Shown: positions 1-10,372, counted from the stretch's first letter. The stretch: 64,000 bases of DNA from Desulfovibrionaceae bacterium (GCA_963674665.2 CAXXPL010000011.1:80567-144566), one strand, 5' to 3'. Numbers and translations are program-made. Notes: generated from the sequence alone by a model not told the origin.

Positions 1-1581
1 CTCCAGGTGGATGAAGGCGTCCCTGGTTTCCTGGGCGCCCTCGACGGCGCTTTCGGCCTTGTAGCGGATCGTGAGGTCTCCGCTGGCCATGCGCGACAGG
101 AGCGCGGTCAGCTTGTCGAGTTCGCCCCGCTGGTAGGCGTAGACCTGCTGTGCCTCCTCGCCGCTTTGTTCGGCCGTGGCCAGGGCCTCCTGGGCCCGGC
201 GGGCCTCCATGGCGGCCTGGTTGGATTTTTCGCTGATTTCCTGGATGGTGCTGCGCAGCTTGTCGAGCATGGAGGCGAAGGAGTGTTTCAACACCTTGAG
301 TTCGCCGATGAACCTGCCATCGGGTTCGCGCCGCTCCATGTCACCGGAGCTGATGTCGATGGAAAAGCGCTCCAGGGACTTGATGGGACCGGTGAGATAG
401 CGGCTGATGCAGATGCCCAGGCCGATGAAGATGATGACCATGGCCAGGCCGCTGTAAGCCATGACGGTCCATAGGGTCCTTCCGAGCACGTCCTGGAAGT
501 TCCGGCTCTGCTTCGCGGCCTCGGACTCGATGGTGTCCAAGTACACGCCCATGCCCAGGATGATGTTCCAGGGTTTGAACAGACGCACATAGCTGAGTTT
601 GCGAACAGGCCTGTCCCCCCCGGGTTTGGGCCAAAGATATTCGACGAACCCGCTTCCCTTGGTCTTGCACAGCTTGGCCATCTCCTTGAAGAAGAGCTTG
701 CCTTCGGAGTCCGCCACCGTGCTGAGGTCACTGCCTTCCAGTTCCGGGTTCACGGGGTGCATGAGCATGCGCGGGGAGGTGCTTTGCACCCAGAAGTAGT
801 TGCCGTCGGCAAGCCTGAGGTTGCGTATCTCCTCGAGAGCTTCGGCCTTTTTTTCCTCGGCGGTGTCGGACACGTAGACCCCACCACCGAGATACCAGTC
901 CAAGCCGGGCAGATACCGAAGAAATGACATCTTGGGCGAGGGTTCCGTGGCACCAGGCTTGGGCCACCAGTATTCGAGGCGCGCCATGCCGCGCACCTTC
1001 CCGGTGACTGGATCGATCTTGTCCGCCATGTCTACCATCCGCTTGACTATGGGAAAGCCGTTCTTGCGGTCATTGAACACGGCGTCGTCCACAGCCTTGC
1101 CCACCACGATGGACACGGGGTGCCAGATCATCCGGCTTCTGTCGTTGATCCAGATGTAGTTTTCATCGTTGTTGCCAAACCGGGTGTTGCCGACGATTTC
1201 CTTGATGAGCTTGCGTTTTTCCTCGGGAGTGCGGCCGTCTTGGGAATCCACCCAGATGCGGAACAACTGGCTGGACAGTATGTTGATGATCTGTTCGATG
1301 CGTTCGGTGCTCTGGGATTCCTTTTCCAGCTGTTCCAACAGGGAGAATGGTGCCTGCAGCAGGTTTTCGAGGTTCTCCCGCTCTGCTTCGATCATGAACT
1401 GCAGCGTGGCCTGGGATTGTTTCTCCGCAAAGGTGTTCAGATTCACGTAGAGCAGAGTCTGCCCGAGCAACACCTCGAGCAGCATGGCGAGAAAGACCAG
1501 CCCGTAGAGAAGGAAGGCGATGGACTTGTACCAGGATATCCTGGCCCGCCATTGCGTGCTGAGTTCGGAATCATTGGTCAT
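1..1581 (-). CDS. Methyl-accepting chemotaxis protein, N-terminal part (tandem Cache-like sensor, TM2, HAMP); C-terminus lies beyond window start
   Basis: Absent from the ORF track because no stop lies in the window. Manual minus-strand translation from ATG (complement of 1579-1581) is open to position 1. It reads MTNDSELSTQWRARISWYKSIAFLLYGLVFLAMLL (TM1), then NYIWINDRSRMIWHP and GNYFWVQSTSPRMLMHPVNPELEGSDLS (two Cache-type motifs), then WTVMAYSGLAMVIIFIGLGICISRYLTGPIKSLERF (TM2 + HAMP). Confidence 0.75.
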   Translation of the reverse strand, partial: MTNDSELSTQWRARISWYKSIAFLLYGLVFLAMLLEVLLGQTLLYVNLNTFAEKQSQATLQFMIEAERENLENLLQAPFSLLEQLEKESQSTERIEQIINILSSQLFRIWVDSQDGRTPEEKRKLIKEIVGNTRFGNNDENYIWINDRSRMIWHPVSIVVGKAVDDAVFNDRKNGFPIVKRMVDMADKIDPVTGKVRGMARLEYWWPKPGATEPSPKMSFLRYLPGLDWYLGGGVYVSDTAEEKKAEALEEIRNLRLADGNYFWVQSTSPRMLMHPVNPELEGSDLSTVADSEGKLFFKEMAKLCKTKGSGFVEYLWPKPGGDRPVRKLSYVRLFKPWNIILGMGVYLDTIESEAAKQSRNFQDVLGRTLWTVMAYSGLAMVIIFIGLGICISRYLTGPIKSLERFSIDISSGDMERREPDGRFIGELKVLKHSFASMLDKLRSTIQEISEKSNQAAMEARRAQEALATAEQSGEEAQQVYAYQRGELDKLTALLSRMASGDLTIRYKAESAVEGAQETRDAFIHLE

Positions 1582-1867
1582 GGCTGGCTCCCTGTTGTCT
1601 CATGCTGCGGGGCGGCCGGCGCGCAGCCTTTCCCGGCCACGTGCCATGCCATATTCTGTTATCGGCTTGATGTGGATATACATGAGCCCGTTGCCCCCCC
1701 AAAGTAATGAGCCCCATGTCGCGGCGGATGTCCAGAGGAGTTGGACACTCTCCGACGCGCCGGTGATGATTATGCACCAAAGGCGCGGTTTTATCGACCT
1801 TAAAAACCCAGTGTTCCGGATCAGGCGCAGTTTCATTCGCCAAAAGGCGACGAAGGAATATGCTCCG

Positions 1868-3913
1868 CTACAGAGTGAACTTGCGCACCACCGCCTGCAG
1901 CATGTCAGCCACCCGTGTCAACTGATCGGCCAGGGAGTTGACCCGTTTGGCCCCGCTGCTTCCGATCTCGGCGGTCTTGCTCACGCTGAGGATGTTCGAG
2001 GACATGTCGCTGGCGCCTTTGGAAATGTCTCCCGCGTTGCAGGACATGTCGTTCGCCCCCTTGGCCAGCTCCGAGATGGCCTTGGCTATGTCGTCGGCGC
2101 CCTTGCTGGTCTCGGTGATGCTCAGGGTGATCTCGTTGGCGGCGCTGTCCTGCTGCTCCACGTTCCTGGTTATGTCCCGAACCTGGGAGTTGATGGCGTC
2201 GATGATGGTTGAGATGTCCTCCATGACCTTGACCGCGGCCTGGGCGTTTTTCTGAACCCCGGCGATCTTGTCCGCGATGTCCTCGGCGGCCTTGGCGCTC
2301 TGGTTGGCCAGCTCCTTGATCTCGTGGGCCACCACGGCGAACCCCTTGCCTGATTCACCGGCGCTGGCGGCCTCGATGGTGGCGTTGAGGGCCAGGAGGT
2401 TGGTCTGCTCCGCGATACGCTTGATCACCTCGGTGACCTTGCCGATGTCCCTGGCCGCGTCGCCGAGCTGGCTCATGGTGCTGGTGGCGCTGGTGGCCAT
2501 GTTGTTGGCCCTCATGGCCACTTCCGCTCCCTCCTGGGAGTACTCGGCGATGCTGGAGATGGCCTTGCGCAGGTCGATGATGGCCTGGGCAACGTTGTTC
2601 ATGGTCATGGACATCTCCTCGGCGGTGGAGGAGACCGAGTGGATGTTTGTGGATATTTCCTCGGTGGCGGCGGCCATGGTGCTGATATTGGTGGAGATCT
2701 CCTCGGATGCTCCTGCCACGGTGCCGGCGCGCAGGGACAGGTCCTCGGAACTGCCGGACAGGTCCGTGGAGACCTGGGCCAGCTCATGGGAGCATTTCAC
2801 CAACACGTCCGCCTGATCCTTCATGGCGGCGATCATGCCCTTGAGGGACGCGGTGGTTTCGGTCATGGCCTGCTCGATCTCCTTGAAGCTCTCATGGGCC
2901 TGCGGCAGGTCCTCGTCGGCCCGCCCCGCGATGTAGTGGGAGTTCAGGTCACCCCGGGCAAGGTGCTTGAGGGCGTCGGAGAGCTTGTCCACCTCCCGCT
3001 TCTGGTACAGGGACAGGCGTTTGGCGACGGCTTGGGCCTCGGTGGCGTCCTCCATGGCCAGATGCGCGCGTTTGGCCTCTTCCGAGGCCAGGGCCGCGTT
3101 CTGCTGGGCCTCGCTCATCTTGCTCTTCAGCTCCGCCACCATGAAATGGAGATCCTGCCCCAGGCAGCCGAGTTCGTCCACGCCGCTTATGAGAAAATCC
3201 TGGTTCAGGTCGCCCTTGCGGACCTTTTCCGTGCAGGTTGCCAGAGCCTTTACCCTGGAGATGACTGACTTGCGCATGAAGGTGTGCAGCAGCACCAGGA
3301 GCAGAAGGAGGCCGGCCAAGCTGACCAGGGCGCTGCTGCGCTGGGAAGCCCTCAGGCCGCTCATCTCCTTGTCGATGTCCTGCATCAGGACCATGGACCC
3401 GAGGATGGTGTGCTTGCGGCCGTGGCAGTGATGACAGCTGGCCTCGTTTCTGATGGAGAGCACCTGGGCGTAGTAGGGGGTGCCGTCGAGGGTCACCATG
3501 GAGCCGCGCCGAACTGGAGCGCTGAGACTCTCCTCGACCATGGGAGAAAGGGTACCGCTGGAGTCACTGGACCGGAACGTGGCGAGGAGGTCCTTGCGCA
3601 CCATGGCCGGGTCTGTGGAGTAGGTGATGTTGCCTTTGTAATTGGTGAGGTGCACCTTGATGTGGGCGAAATTTTGTCCCAGCTTGTTGAACTGTGCAAC
3701 AGTGCCCTTGTTGTCGCCCACGGCCATGGGCTCGTTCACCGCCATCTGTAGCAGGGCCATGAGCCGCACGGAGAATGACTGCAACTGCTCCATGTTGTGT
3801 TTTTCCTGCGCCGAGGAGTTGATGAAGAACAGACCGATGAAGACGAGAAGGGAGATACCGGTGACCAGCACGGCCACTTTCATGCGGAGGGAGCGTCGGA
3901 TGTTGCATTCCAT
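1868..3913 (-). CDS. Methyl-accepting chemotaxis protein with periplasmic c-type haem-binding motif CHHCH (DcrA-like)
   Basis: 681-aa ORF. TM1 is [19 protein letters not shown], and the periplasmic region contains SCHHCHG. TM2 is [18 protein letters not shown]. The conserved MCP signalling hairpin [37 protein letters not shown] is present. An AAGGA RBS lies about 10 nt upstream of the ATG. Confidence 0.9.
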   Translation of the reverse strand: MECNIRRSLRMKVAVLVTGISLLVFIGLFFINSSAQEKHNMEQLQSFSVRLMALLQMAVNEPMAVGDNKGTVAQFNKLGQNFAHIKVHLTNYKGNITYSTDPAMVRKDLLATFRSSDSSGTLSPMVEESLSAPVRRGSMVTLDGTPYYAQVLSIRNEASCHHCHGRKHTILGSMVLMQDIDKEMSGLRASQRSSALVSLAGLLLLLVLLHTFMRKSVISRVKALATCTEKVRKGDLNQDFLISGVDELGCLGQDLHFMVAELKSKMSEAQQNAALASEEAKRAHLAMEDATEAQAVAKRLSLYQKREVDKLSDALKHLARGDLNSHYIAGRADEDLPQAHESFKEIEQAMTETTASLKGMIAAMKDQADVLVKCSHELAQVSTDLSGSSEDLSLRAGTVAGASEEISTNISTMAAATEEISTNIHSVSSTAEEMSMTMNNVAQAIIDLRKAISSIAEYSQEGAEVAMRANNMATSATSTMSQLGDAARDIGKVTEVIKRIAEQTNLLALNATIEAASAGESGKGFAVVAHEIKELANQSAKAAEDIADKIAGVQKNAQAAVKVMEDISTIIDAINSQVRDITRNVEQQDSAANEITLSITETSKGADDIAKAISELAKGANDMSCNAGDISKGASDMSSNILSVSKTAEIGSSGAKRVNSLADQLTRVADMLQAVVRKFTL

Positions 3914-3936
3914 CGGGATATGTCCTTGTTGAACGT

Positions 3937-4440
3937 TCAGGCGATGGCCTTGTCCACGACTTTCAGCAGGTTTCTGGCATTGATGATCAACAGCAGGGAA
4001 TCCTTGAGCCGGCAGACGCCGGTGATGAGGTCCACCGCCTCGGCGCGGTCGTCCGTGGCGAGTTCCTCGTTGACGATGGAGCCGGACTCGATGAGGTTCT
4101 TGTCGGTCTCCACCACGTCGCTGATTGAGTCCACGAGCACGCCGAAGGATTCGCCCACCGTGGGCTTGAACAGGATGAGACGGCTTTTGTCGTCCATCTG
4201 TTTGCTCTTGATGCCCAGGATGCGGCGCAGGTTAAGTATCAGGTGGATACGCCCCCGGATGTTCACATAGCCCATGACCTCTTTGGGGGCGTGGTAGATC
4301 TTGGTGAACGCGGCCTCCTGGTTGACCTCCTTGACATCAAGGATGTCGACGCCGTAACGCCGCCCCGCGAGCATGAAGGTGCAGAACTGCTTGAGGTCGC
4401 TGTCGGCCACGATTTTCTTTTTCTTGAGTCCGTTTTCCAT
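3937..4440 (-). CDS. cheW: Chemotaxis coupling protein CheW
   Basis: 167 aa. Typical CheW core ([23 protein letters not shown] ... [20 protein letters not shown]). The start abuts the cheA stop (TGAcATG). Confidence 0.9.
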   Translation of the reverse strand: MENGLKKKKIVADSDLKQFCTFMLAGRRYGVDILDVKEVNQEAAFTKIYHAPKEVMGYVNIRGRIHLILNLRRILGIKSKQMDDKSRLILFKPTVGESFGVLVDSISDVVETDKNLIESGSIVNEELATDDRAEAVDLITGVCRLKDSLLLIINARNLLKVVDKAIA

Positions 4441-4441
4441 G

Positions 4442-7400
4442 TCAGTTCCGCTCCCCTGGACGCTCCTCGGTGAGCAACCTGGTCACGTCGGCCAGAAAGA
4501 GCTCCCTGTCCAACTTCACCTGGTAGAGGTCGAAGCCCGCCTTGATGGCGCGGCGCATGTCCTCGTCCGAGTTCAGCGAAGTCAGGGCAAGGGCCGGGAT
4601 ATCGTGCTGCCGAGCATTGTGGCGCAAGTTCTTGATGAACTCCAGCCCGTTCATCACCGGCATCTCGATGTCCGAGACCACGAGGTCGAAATCGTTCTCC
4701 TCCATGGTGTCCAAGGCCTGCTGTCCATGTTCGGTGTCCACCACGTCGTAGCCGTCGGCCTCCAGGTAACGCCGGATCATGTGGCGCAGGAACGAGGAGT
4801 CCTCCACGATGAGGATGCGCCTGTTGTCCTTTGGCGGCGGGTGGGCCTGCCTGCGCTCCTGGAACCACTGGGGCTCTGCCAGCTCGATGAGCCGGAAGAT
4901 GTCCGGGAACAGGGTCAGGTGCCCCCTGATGATATCCGTGCCCAGCAGCCCGTCCTCGTGATAGCTCTCGGTATTCAGTGAGATGTGCGTCTCCTCGATG
5001 TCCAGGATGTGGGACATGAGGATGCCGAAGGGCTTGTTGATGAACTTGGGCAGGATCAGGAACATTTCCTCATTTTCCGCGCAGGGGCTCACCGTGAGCA
5101 GGGAGTCCAGCCTGAGCACCAGGGTGGATTGCCCGTCGATGGTGATGAACTCCTTGTTGCCTACCATCTCGATACTGGAGAGGGAGATCTTCTCGATGCG
5201 TCGGATGAGGGGCAGGGCCAGGGCGAACTGTTCCCTGGGGCCGTTGCGAAAGAGCAGGATGGACTGGGTGTCCTCGTCGCTGGATGTGATTCCCCGCTTG
5301 GTGACGATCTCGTCCGTGGGTTGCTCCATGAACACTCCGGCGTGGCGGGCGATGCCCTCGATGTCCAGGATAAGAGAGACAGAGCCGTCCCCCATGACCG
5401 TGGCGCCCGAATAGCACTTCAGGGTCTTGAGGCTGGGGTGCATGGGCTTGACCACTATTTCCTCGGTACCCAGGACCTTGTCCACGATGAGGCCGAAGCG
5501 CTCGGAACCCACACGCACCACCGCGAAGGACAGGCTTTCCTGCTGCTGCCGCTCCAGATCCTGGGGCAGCAGGGTGAAGTGGCTGTGATCCGAAATGTTT
5601 CCCGCGCTCCCCAGGGGGGGCTCTTCGGAGTCCTGCCCCGGCCCGGCGCGGTGGTACTTTTCAGCGATGTCCGACTTGGTGTCACGGGTGAAGGGCCTGG
5701 GCCGGGCAAGCACCTCGTTGAGGCGGACCATGGGCAGCAGGCGGTTGCGCAGGCGGTAGACCTCCTGGTTCCCGGCCACCTCGATGCGGGTGTGGATGTC
5801 GTCGTCGTACAGGCACACCAGTTCCTCCAGGTTCACCTGGGGGATGGCGAAGTGGTTCTCGCAGACCGTGACGATGAGGCAGGGGATGATTGCCAGGGTG
5901 AGAGGCAGGCGAAGCTGCAGGGTGGTGCCCTGATCGGGCCAGGATTCGAGTTCCAGAGATCCGCCGAGGTCCTCAATGGCGTGACGCACCACGTCCATGC
6001 CCACGCCCCGGCCGGAAATCTCGCTCACGCTTTCGGCCGTGGAGAAGCCGGGCAGCATGATCAGGGACAGCACCTCCTTGTCCGTCATCTGCGAAAGCTC
6101 GAGCTCGCTACGGATGCCTCGCTCGATGGACTTGCGCCGGACCACCCGGGCATCGATGCCCCGGCCGTCGTCCGCGATCTCGATGTTGATCTGCCCCCCT
6201 TCGTGAAAGGCGCGTACGCTGATGGCTCCCGCAGGGTTCTTTCCCAACTTCTCGCGGACTTCGGGCAGTTCGACGCCGTGGTCGCAGCAGTTGCGGATGA
6301 TATGAATCAGCGGGTCGTTGAGGGACTCCAGGATAGTCTTGTCCAGTTCCACCTCGTTGCCCGTGATGTTGATCTCTATCTGCTTGTCCAGGGAATTGCT
6401 CAGATCCCGGACAATACGCGGCAGCTTGTTGAAGATGTTGCCGATGGGCTGCATGCGCGTCTGCATGATGGATTCCTGCAGCTCGGTGGTCACGATGTCC
6501 AGGCGCTGCACCATATCGCGGCTGAGGGCGTCGGAGCGCTCCATGCTCAGCAACTGCTGGTTGCGGACGAGCACCAGCTCTCCGGCAAGGGTCATGAGCT
6601 TGTCCAAAATGGCCACGTTGATGCGGATGGTGCCGCCGCGCTCCTTTTCAACCTTGGTGGGCGGGGTCTTGGGGGCCAGAGCCGCGGCCGCAGCCTTCTC
6701 CGGCACGGCGGGTGTCCTGGCGGGAACCGGTGCAGCAGGTGCCGCCGGAGGTGTCGGCTCGGTGATCTCTTCGGCGTGGTCGCTGTCCGGGGCCAACTGG
6801 CTGACCATGACCACGTCTTCACCTTGGAACGACAGGTTCTTGCGGAAATCTTCCGGGGCCTGGGGGCTGGACAGGATAAATTCGGCAAACAGAGGGATGT
6901 CAAGTGCCATTTCCGGGGCCGCGTCCTCGTGGGAAAAAGCCGCGTGGATAATCTCCCCGGCGGCTTCCACATGGGAAAGCAGTTCCTCGGGACCCGGGTC
7001 GCTGTCGCTTTGGAGGCGCAGGCGCAGGTAGTAGAGAAACTCGGCGTTGTCCAGGGCCTGGTCGGCGAGGTCGCAGGCGGTTTCATCCAACTCCAGCTCA
7101 CTGTCCCCGGGGAGCAGCGCCTGAATGGCTGCCAGACTCTGACTGGGAGCCTGGGGCTTTGATACCGCGGGTTTCGGAGCAGGGGGCGCGGGAAGTTCGG
7201 GCCCAGGCTCGGGGGGCGTGGGCGCCGGTACCACCTCGGGCTCCGGAGCCGGCTTCGGAACTGGCTTCGGAGCTGATTTCTGGACAGGCGCGGGGCGAGG
7301 CGTCGGTGCGGCCTGCGCGGCCTGGGGAATCCCACCGGCCACCAGTTCCTTGAGGTGGGCGTGCAGGGAGGAAATATCCACCTGGTCGCTCTGCAGGGGG

Positions 7401-7714
7401 GCGCCGATCATGGTGGTGAGAAGATCGACCCCCTTGAGCAGCGCGTCGATATGCGCGGACTGGAGCTGCAGCTCGCCGGCGCGGACCTTGGAGAGCAGGC
7501 TCTCCATGACATGGGCCATCTCCTTGATGGTGGTGAGGCCGACAAACGCCGCTCCTCCCTTGACGGAGTGGATGGCCCGGAAGACCTTGTCCACGAGCTC
7601 CTGATCAGGGGCTTCCTTCTGGCGCTCCAGCGCCAGAAAGTCGTCCTCGATTGTGAGCAGGTGCTCATTGGCTTCGGCAATGAACTCGTCGAGCAAAGAG
7701 TCGTCGATGTCCAT
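4442..7714 (-). CDS. cheA: Hybrid chemotaxis histidine kinase CheA (Hpt, Pro-rich linker, dimerisation, HATPase, two CheW-like domains, C-terminal receiver)
   Basis: 1090 aa. Hpt site is FRAIHSVKGGAAF. Kinase core is IHIIRNCCDHG ... DDGRGID ... GRGVGMDVV. Two CheW-like segments are followed by REC (RILIVEDSSFLRHMI ... DLVVSDIEMPVMNG ... ALTS). Confidence 0.92.
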   Translation of the reverse strand: MDIDDSLLDEFIAEANEHLLTIEDDFLALERQKEAPDQELVDKVFRAIHSVKGGAAFVGLTTIKEMAHVMESLLSKVRAGELQLQSAHIDALLKGVDLLTTMIGAPLQSDQVDISSLHAHLKELVAGGIPQAAQAAPTPRPAPVQKSAPKPVPKPAPEPEVVPAPTPPEPGPELPAPPAPKPAVSKPQAPSQSLAAIQALLPGDSELELDETACDLADQALDNAEFLYYLRLRLQSDSDPGPEELLSHVEAAGEIIHAAFSHEDAAPEMALDIPLFAEFILSSPQAPEDFRKNLSFQGEDVVMVSQLAPDSDHAEEITEPTPPAAPAAPVPARTPAVPEKAAAAALAPKTPPTKVEKERGGTIRINVAILDKLMTLAGELVLVRNQQLLSMERSDALSRDMVQRLDIVTTELQESIMQTRMQPIGNIFNKLPRIVRDLSNSLDKQIEINITGNEVELDKTILESLNDPLIHIIRNCCDHGVELPEVREKLGKNPAGAISVRAFHEGGQINIEIADDGRGIDARVVRRKSIERGIRSELELSQMTDKEVLSLIMLPGFSTAESVSEISGRGVGMDVVRHAIEDLGGSLELESWPDQGTTLQLRLPLTLAIIPCLIVTVCENHFAIPQVNLEELVCLYDDDIHTRIEVAGNQEVYRLRNRLLPMVRLNEVLARPRPFTRDTKSDIAEKYHRAGPGQDSEEPPLGSAGNISDHSHFTLLPQDLERQQQESLSFAVVRVGSERFGLIVDKVLGTEEIVVKPMHPSLKTLKCYSGATVMGDGSVSLILDIEGIARHAGVFMEQPTDEIVTKRGITSSDEDTQSILLFRNGPREQFALALPLIRRIEKISLSSIEMVGNKEFITIDGQSTLVLRLDSLLTVSPCAENEEMFLILPKFINKPFGILMSHILDIEETHISLNTESYHEDGLLGTDIIRGHLTLFPDIFRLIELAEPQWFQERRQAHPPPKDNRRILIVEDSSFLRHMIRRYLEADGYDVVDTEHGQQALDTMEENDFDLVVSDIEMPVMNGLEFIKNLRHNARQHDIPALALTSLNSDEDMRRAIKAGFDLYQVKLDRELFLADVTRLLTEERPGERN

Positions 7715-7717
7715 GGG

Positions 7718-8329
7718 CTACTCCGGCACGCTCAGGGTTATGCCGTGGGTCTGAGCGACGCGCATCGTCTGGAGGAGGTGTCTCAGGTTTCCGTTTACAT
7801 TGGCCAGCACCAATCGTTTTCCGCCGTTATTGCGGAGTCGGCGGGCAAAGGTGAGGAGCACGGCCAGGGAGGCGGTGGTGAATCCCGAGATCCCTCGAAA
7901 ATCCAGGCGAATGATCTTTGCGCTGGTTTCATCAGCCATTTCAAGGGTCCGGGCCAGGTCGCCGGAGTGAATGACGGCCATGTCCAGGGCGCAGGTATCG
8001 GCCACCACGGTACAGACCGGGTCGATCTCCGGCTCCTCCTCTTCCGGCCCGTCCAGGGGCAGGGCTGTTGGAGACGGGGATGGGGCGTCATATATTGGCG
8101 AGGGCATGGGACCCTGGTCTGCCTTCAAGGCCTGGGCCATGGGATGGGCTGGAGTGGCGCTGTGGGGCGCGGGGGAGGGCGCCGGGGGTTGCGACGGCTC
8201 CAGCGGCAACGAAGAACGCAACAGCGGGCTGGCGTTTATGTCGCCGAGCACGAGGCTGAAGGCGTCGTCGGGTTCGGTGTCGAAGATCACGGTGTCCTGA
8301 AGCGGATCGGGCTTTTGCTTTGGGGACAT
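7718..8329 (-). CDS. Pro-rich protein with C-terminal STAS (anti-sigma-antagonist-like) domain
   Basis: The track ORF runs to 8386 but overlaps the ParA-like gene. The internal ATG at 8329 lies 1 nt after the ParA-like stop (TGAcATG). The C-terminus KIIRLDFRGISGFTTASLAVLLTFARRLRNNGGKRLVLANVNGNLRHLL is STAS-like, and the N-terminal half is low-complexity and Pro/Ser-rich. Confidence 0.6.
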   Translation of the reverse strand: MSPKQKPDPLQDTVIFDTEPDDAFSLVLGDINASPLLRSSLPLEPSQPPAPSPAPHSATPAHPMAQALKADQGPMPSPIYDAPSPSPTALPLDGPEEEEPEIDPVCTVVADTCALDMAVIHSGDLARTLEMADETSAKIIRLDFRGISGFTTASLAVLLTFARRLRNNGGKRLVLANVNGNLRHLLQTMRVAQTHGITLSVPE

Positions 8330-8330
8330 G

Positions 8331-9080
8331 TCAGGGTTCCATTGCGTCCAGATTATTCGCCAGGGCGAGATACTCCCCGGTAACACGATGTTGCGGCTTG
8401 TATTCGAAAATTGTCAGTCCGGCTCCCGCGGCCTCGGAGATGACCGAGGTATATGAAATCTTGTCGAGCAGCATGGCCGGGAAGTGTTGCTTGAGTTTTA
8501 CCATGATCCGAAAGGTCTTTGACACGCGCTTGTCGTGAAACGTGGGGAGGATGTGGTTCACATCGCGGCCCAACAGCTTCACGGTGCGGAAAAAGCGCAT
8601 CATGCCTCGGATAGCCTGCATCTCCGGAGGAACGGGCACGATGATCCGTTGGGCGTACAGCAAGACGTTGACGAGGAATGAGTCGCTGCCTGGAGCGGTA
8701 TCCAGGATGATGTAGTCAAGCTTTCCGGATGCAGTGAACGATAACGCCGTTTCAAGTACTCTGGCCGGATCTACGCCGGCCTTGTCCGCTATGAGGGGGA
8801 GCTGTGACTTCACCGCAGAGAGCTTGTCCCCCGCGGGCAAGAGAAACAGCCTGGGTCGTGCCTGCTTGATGATGTCCTTGGGAGTGGCCTCGCCAAGGAT
8901 CAATTCGGCCAGACCGGGTTGGAACTGTTGCAGTCCGAGATGGGAAGCGCATTGATCCTGCGTGTCCGTGTCCACCAGTAAAACATTGCGTCCCATTTTC
9001 GCCAAAGCATGGGCGGCGTGAACGGCGCTGGTTGTTTTGCCGGTTCCCCCTTTTTCCACGGCGAATGCGATTTGCTTCAT
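8331..9080 (-). CDS. ParA/MinD-family ATPase (chemotaxis-cluster associated, ParC/PpfA-like)
   Basis: 249 aa. Deviant Walker A is FAVEKGGTGKTTSAVH, followed by LLVDTDTQ. It is the first gene of the minus-strand che operon. Confidence 0.85.
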   Translation of the reverse strand: MKQIAFAVEKGGTGKTTSAVHAAHALAKMGRNVLLVDTDTQDQCASHLGLQQFQPGLAELILGEATPKDIIKQARPRLFLLPAGDKLSAVKSQLPLIADKAGVDPARVLETALSFTASGKLDYIILDTAPGSDSFLVNVLLYAQRIIVPVPPEMQAIRGMMRFFRTVKLLGRDVNHILPTFHDKRVSKTFRIMVKLKQHFPAMLLDKISYTSVISEAAGAGLTIFEYKPQHRVTGEYLALANNLDAMEP

Positions 9081-9283
9081 CCGTTACCCTTATGGAGCAA
9101 TATTCAGTTATCCCTAGCGTGCCTTTCCCTTACATCATATCCAGGGGAGTGTCATCATACAACCATGTCTTGATTTTACCGTCAGTTGCGGCTAGAAAAA
9201 CAGTTACCATGGTGAAGTATCATGCTTGCAACCTATGCGGCGTTCCAATTCCAGCCACAGTATAGTTTCGGTAATATTGGGAA

Positions 9284-10372
9284 ATGCTGAAAGTTTTGTT
9301 GATAGACCCTTCCAGGGATTTCCGCGAGACCCTGAAGCACGGCCTGGAAACGGCCGAGGATGTCACTGTTGTTGCCGCTGTGGCCGACAAGGAGTCCGCG
9401 CTGGGCGTCCTGGAGAGGCAGCGGCCCGATGTTGCCGTTTTCGATGTCGAGATGCCGGGAGCCCTGGACACCCTCAGGAGTATACAGCAGCGCAACGAGG
9501 TGAGCCCCGAGGAGGGGCATGTGGGCGTGGTGCTCATCGCCAAACGGAAGCAGCGGGACGCGGAAAGAACCATTCAGGCCCTGGAGACCGGGGCCTTCGA
9601 CTTCGTGCTCATGCCCGAAAGCGACGACATGAGCATGGTACTGCAGTCCCTTTGCAGACAGCTGTTCGTGAAGATGCGGAACTACTCCTCCAAAAGGATT
9701 TTTTCCAGTATGGCTGCCAGCTCCCGTGCCGCGCAGCAGGCCTCGCCGAGCAGGAAGTTCGAGGAGGAGATCGTGCAGGGCGGGAAGATCAGAGCCATTT
9801 TGGTAGGCATATCCACCGGGGGACCAAAGGCGCTGTCCAGTATCCTGCCCAGGCTCTGCACCCTCACCGATCTACCCATTTGTGTGGTGCAACACATGCC
9901 GCCCAACTTCACCGCCTCCCTGTCCTCCAGTCTGAACGGAAAATGCGCCCACGCCGTGGGCGAGGCGGTGGACGGAGAACCCCTGAAAAAGGGCAGGATC
10001 TACATCGCTCCCGGTGGCAAACACCTCTATTTCTCGCGCAATGAGAACGGCGTGTGCCTGCGCCTGGGTGACGATCCGCCAGAAGAGGGCTGCAGGCCCT
10101 CGGTGAACGTGATGTTCAGGTCCGCGGCCAAGGTGTTGCGGGGGGACGTGGTGGCCCTCGTACTCACGGGAATGGGCTCCGACGGGGCCAAGGGGCTGCT
10201 GGAGCTGAAAAACGCGGGCGCCTACGTCATTGCCCAGGACAAGGCCACCAGCGTGGTCTGGGGCATGCCGGGGAGTGCCGTGGCCACGGGCTGTGTGGAC
10301 AGGATTCTTCCCCTCGACGACATCCCGGAAGCTGTTGTCGAGGCTCTGCGAGGGAACGGCAATGGCGCCTAA
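9284..10372 (+). CDS. cheB: Protein-glutamate methylesterase CheB (REC + methylesterase)
   Basis: 362 aa. REC shows VAVFDVEMPG. The esterase domain shows ILVGISTGGPKAL, VVQHMPPNFT and GMGSDGAKGL ... VIAQDKATSVVWGMPG. Confidence 0.92.
   Translation: MLKVLLIDPSRDFRETLKHGLETAEDVTVVAAVADKESALGVLERQRPDVAVFDVEMPGALDTLRSIQQRNEVSPEEGHVGVVLIAKRKQRDAERTIQALETGAFDFVLMPESDDMSMVLQSLCRQLFVKMRNYSSKRIFSSMAASSRAAQQASPSRKFEEEIVQGGKIRAILVGISTGGPKALSSILPRLCTLTDLPICVVQHMPPNFTASLSSSLNGKCAHAVGEAVDGEPLKKGRIYIAPGGKHLYFSRNENGVCLRLGDDPPEEGCRPSVNVMFRSAAKVLRGDVVALVLTGMGSDGAKGLLELKNAGAYVIAQDKATSVVWGMPGSAVATGCVDRILPLDDIPEAVVEALRGNGNGA

Noticed and set aside
4985-7162. 725-aa plus-strand ORF
   Set aside because: It is antisense to cheA, whose motifs are unambiguous. 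Its composition is Gly/Asp/His/Val/Arg-rich and low-complexity, as expected for open antisense frames in GC-rich DNA. No motif was found.
9210-9230. Sigma-54-like element TGGTGAAGTATCATGCTTGCA upstream of cheB
   Set aside because: The GG and GC dinucleotides are spaced 11 nt apart rather than the invariant 10 nt, and the TGGCAC half is poor.
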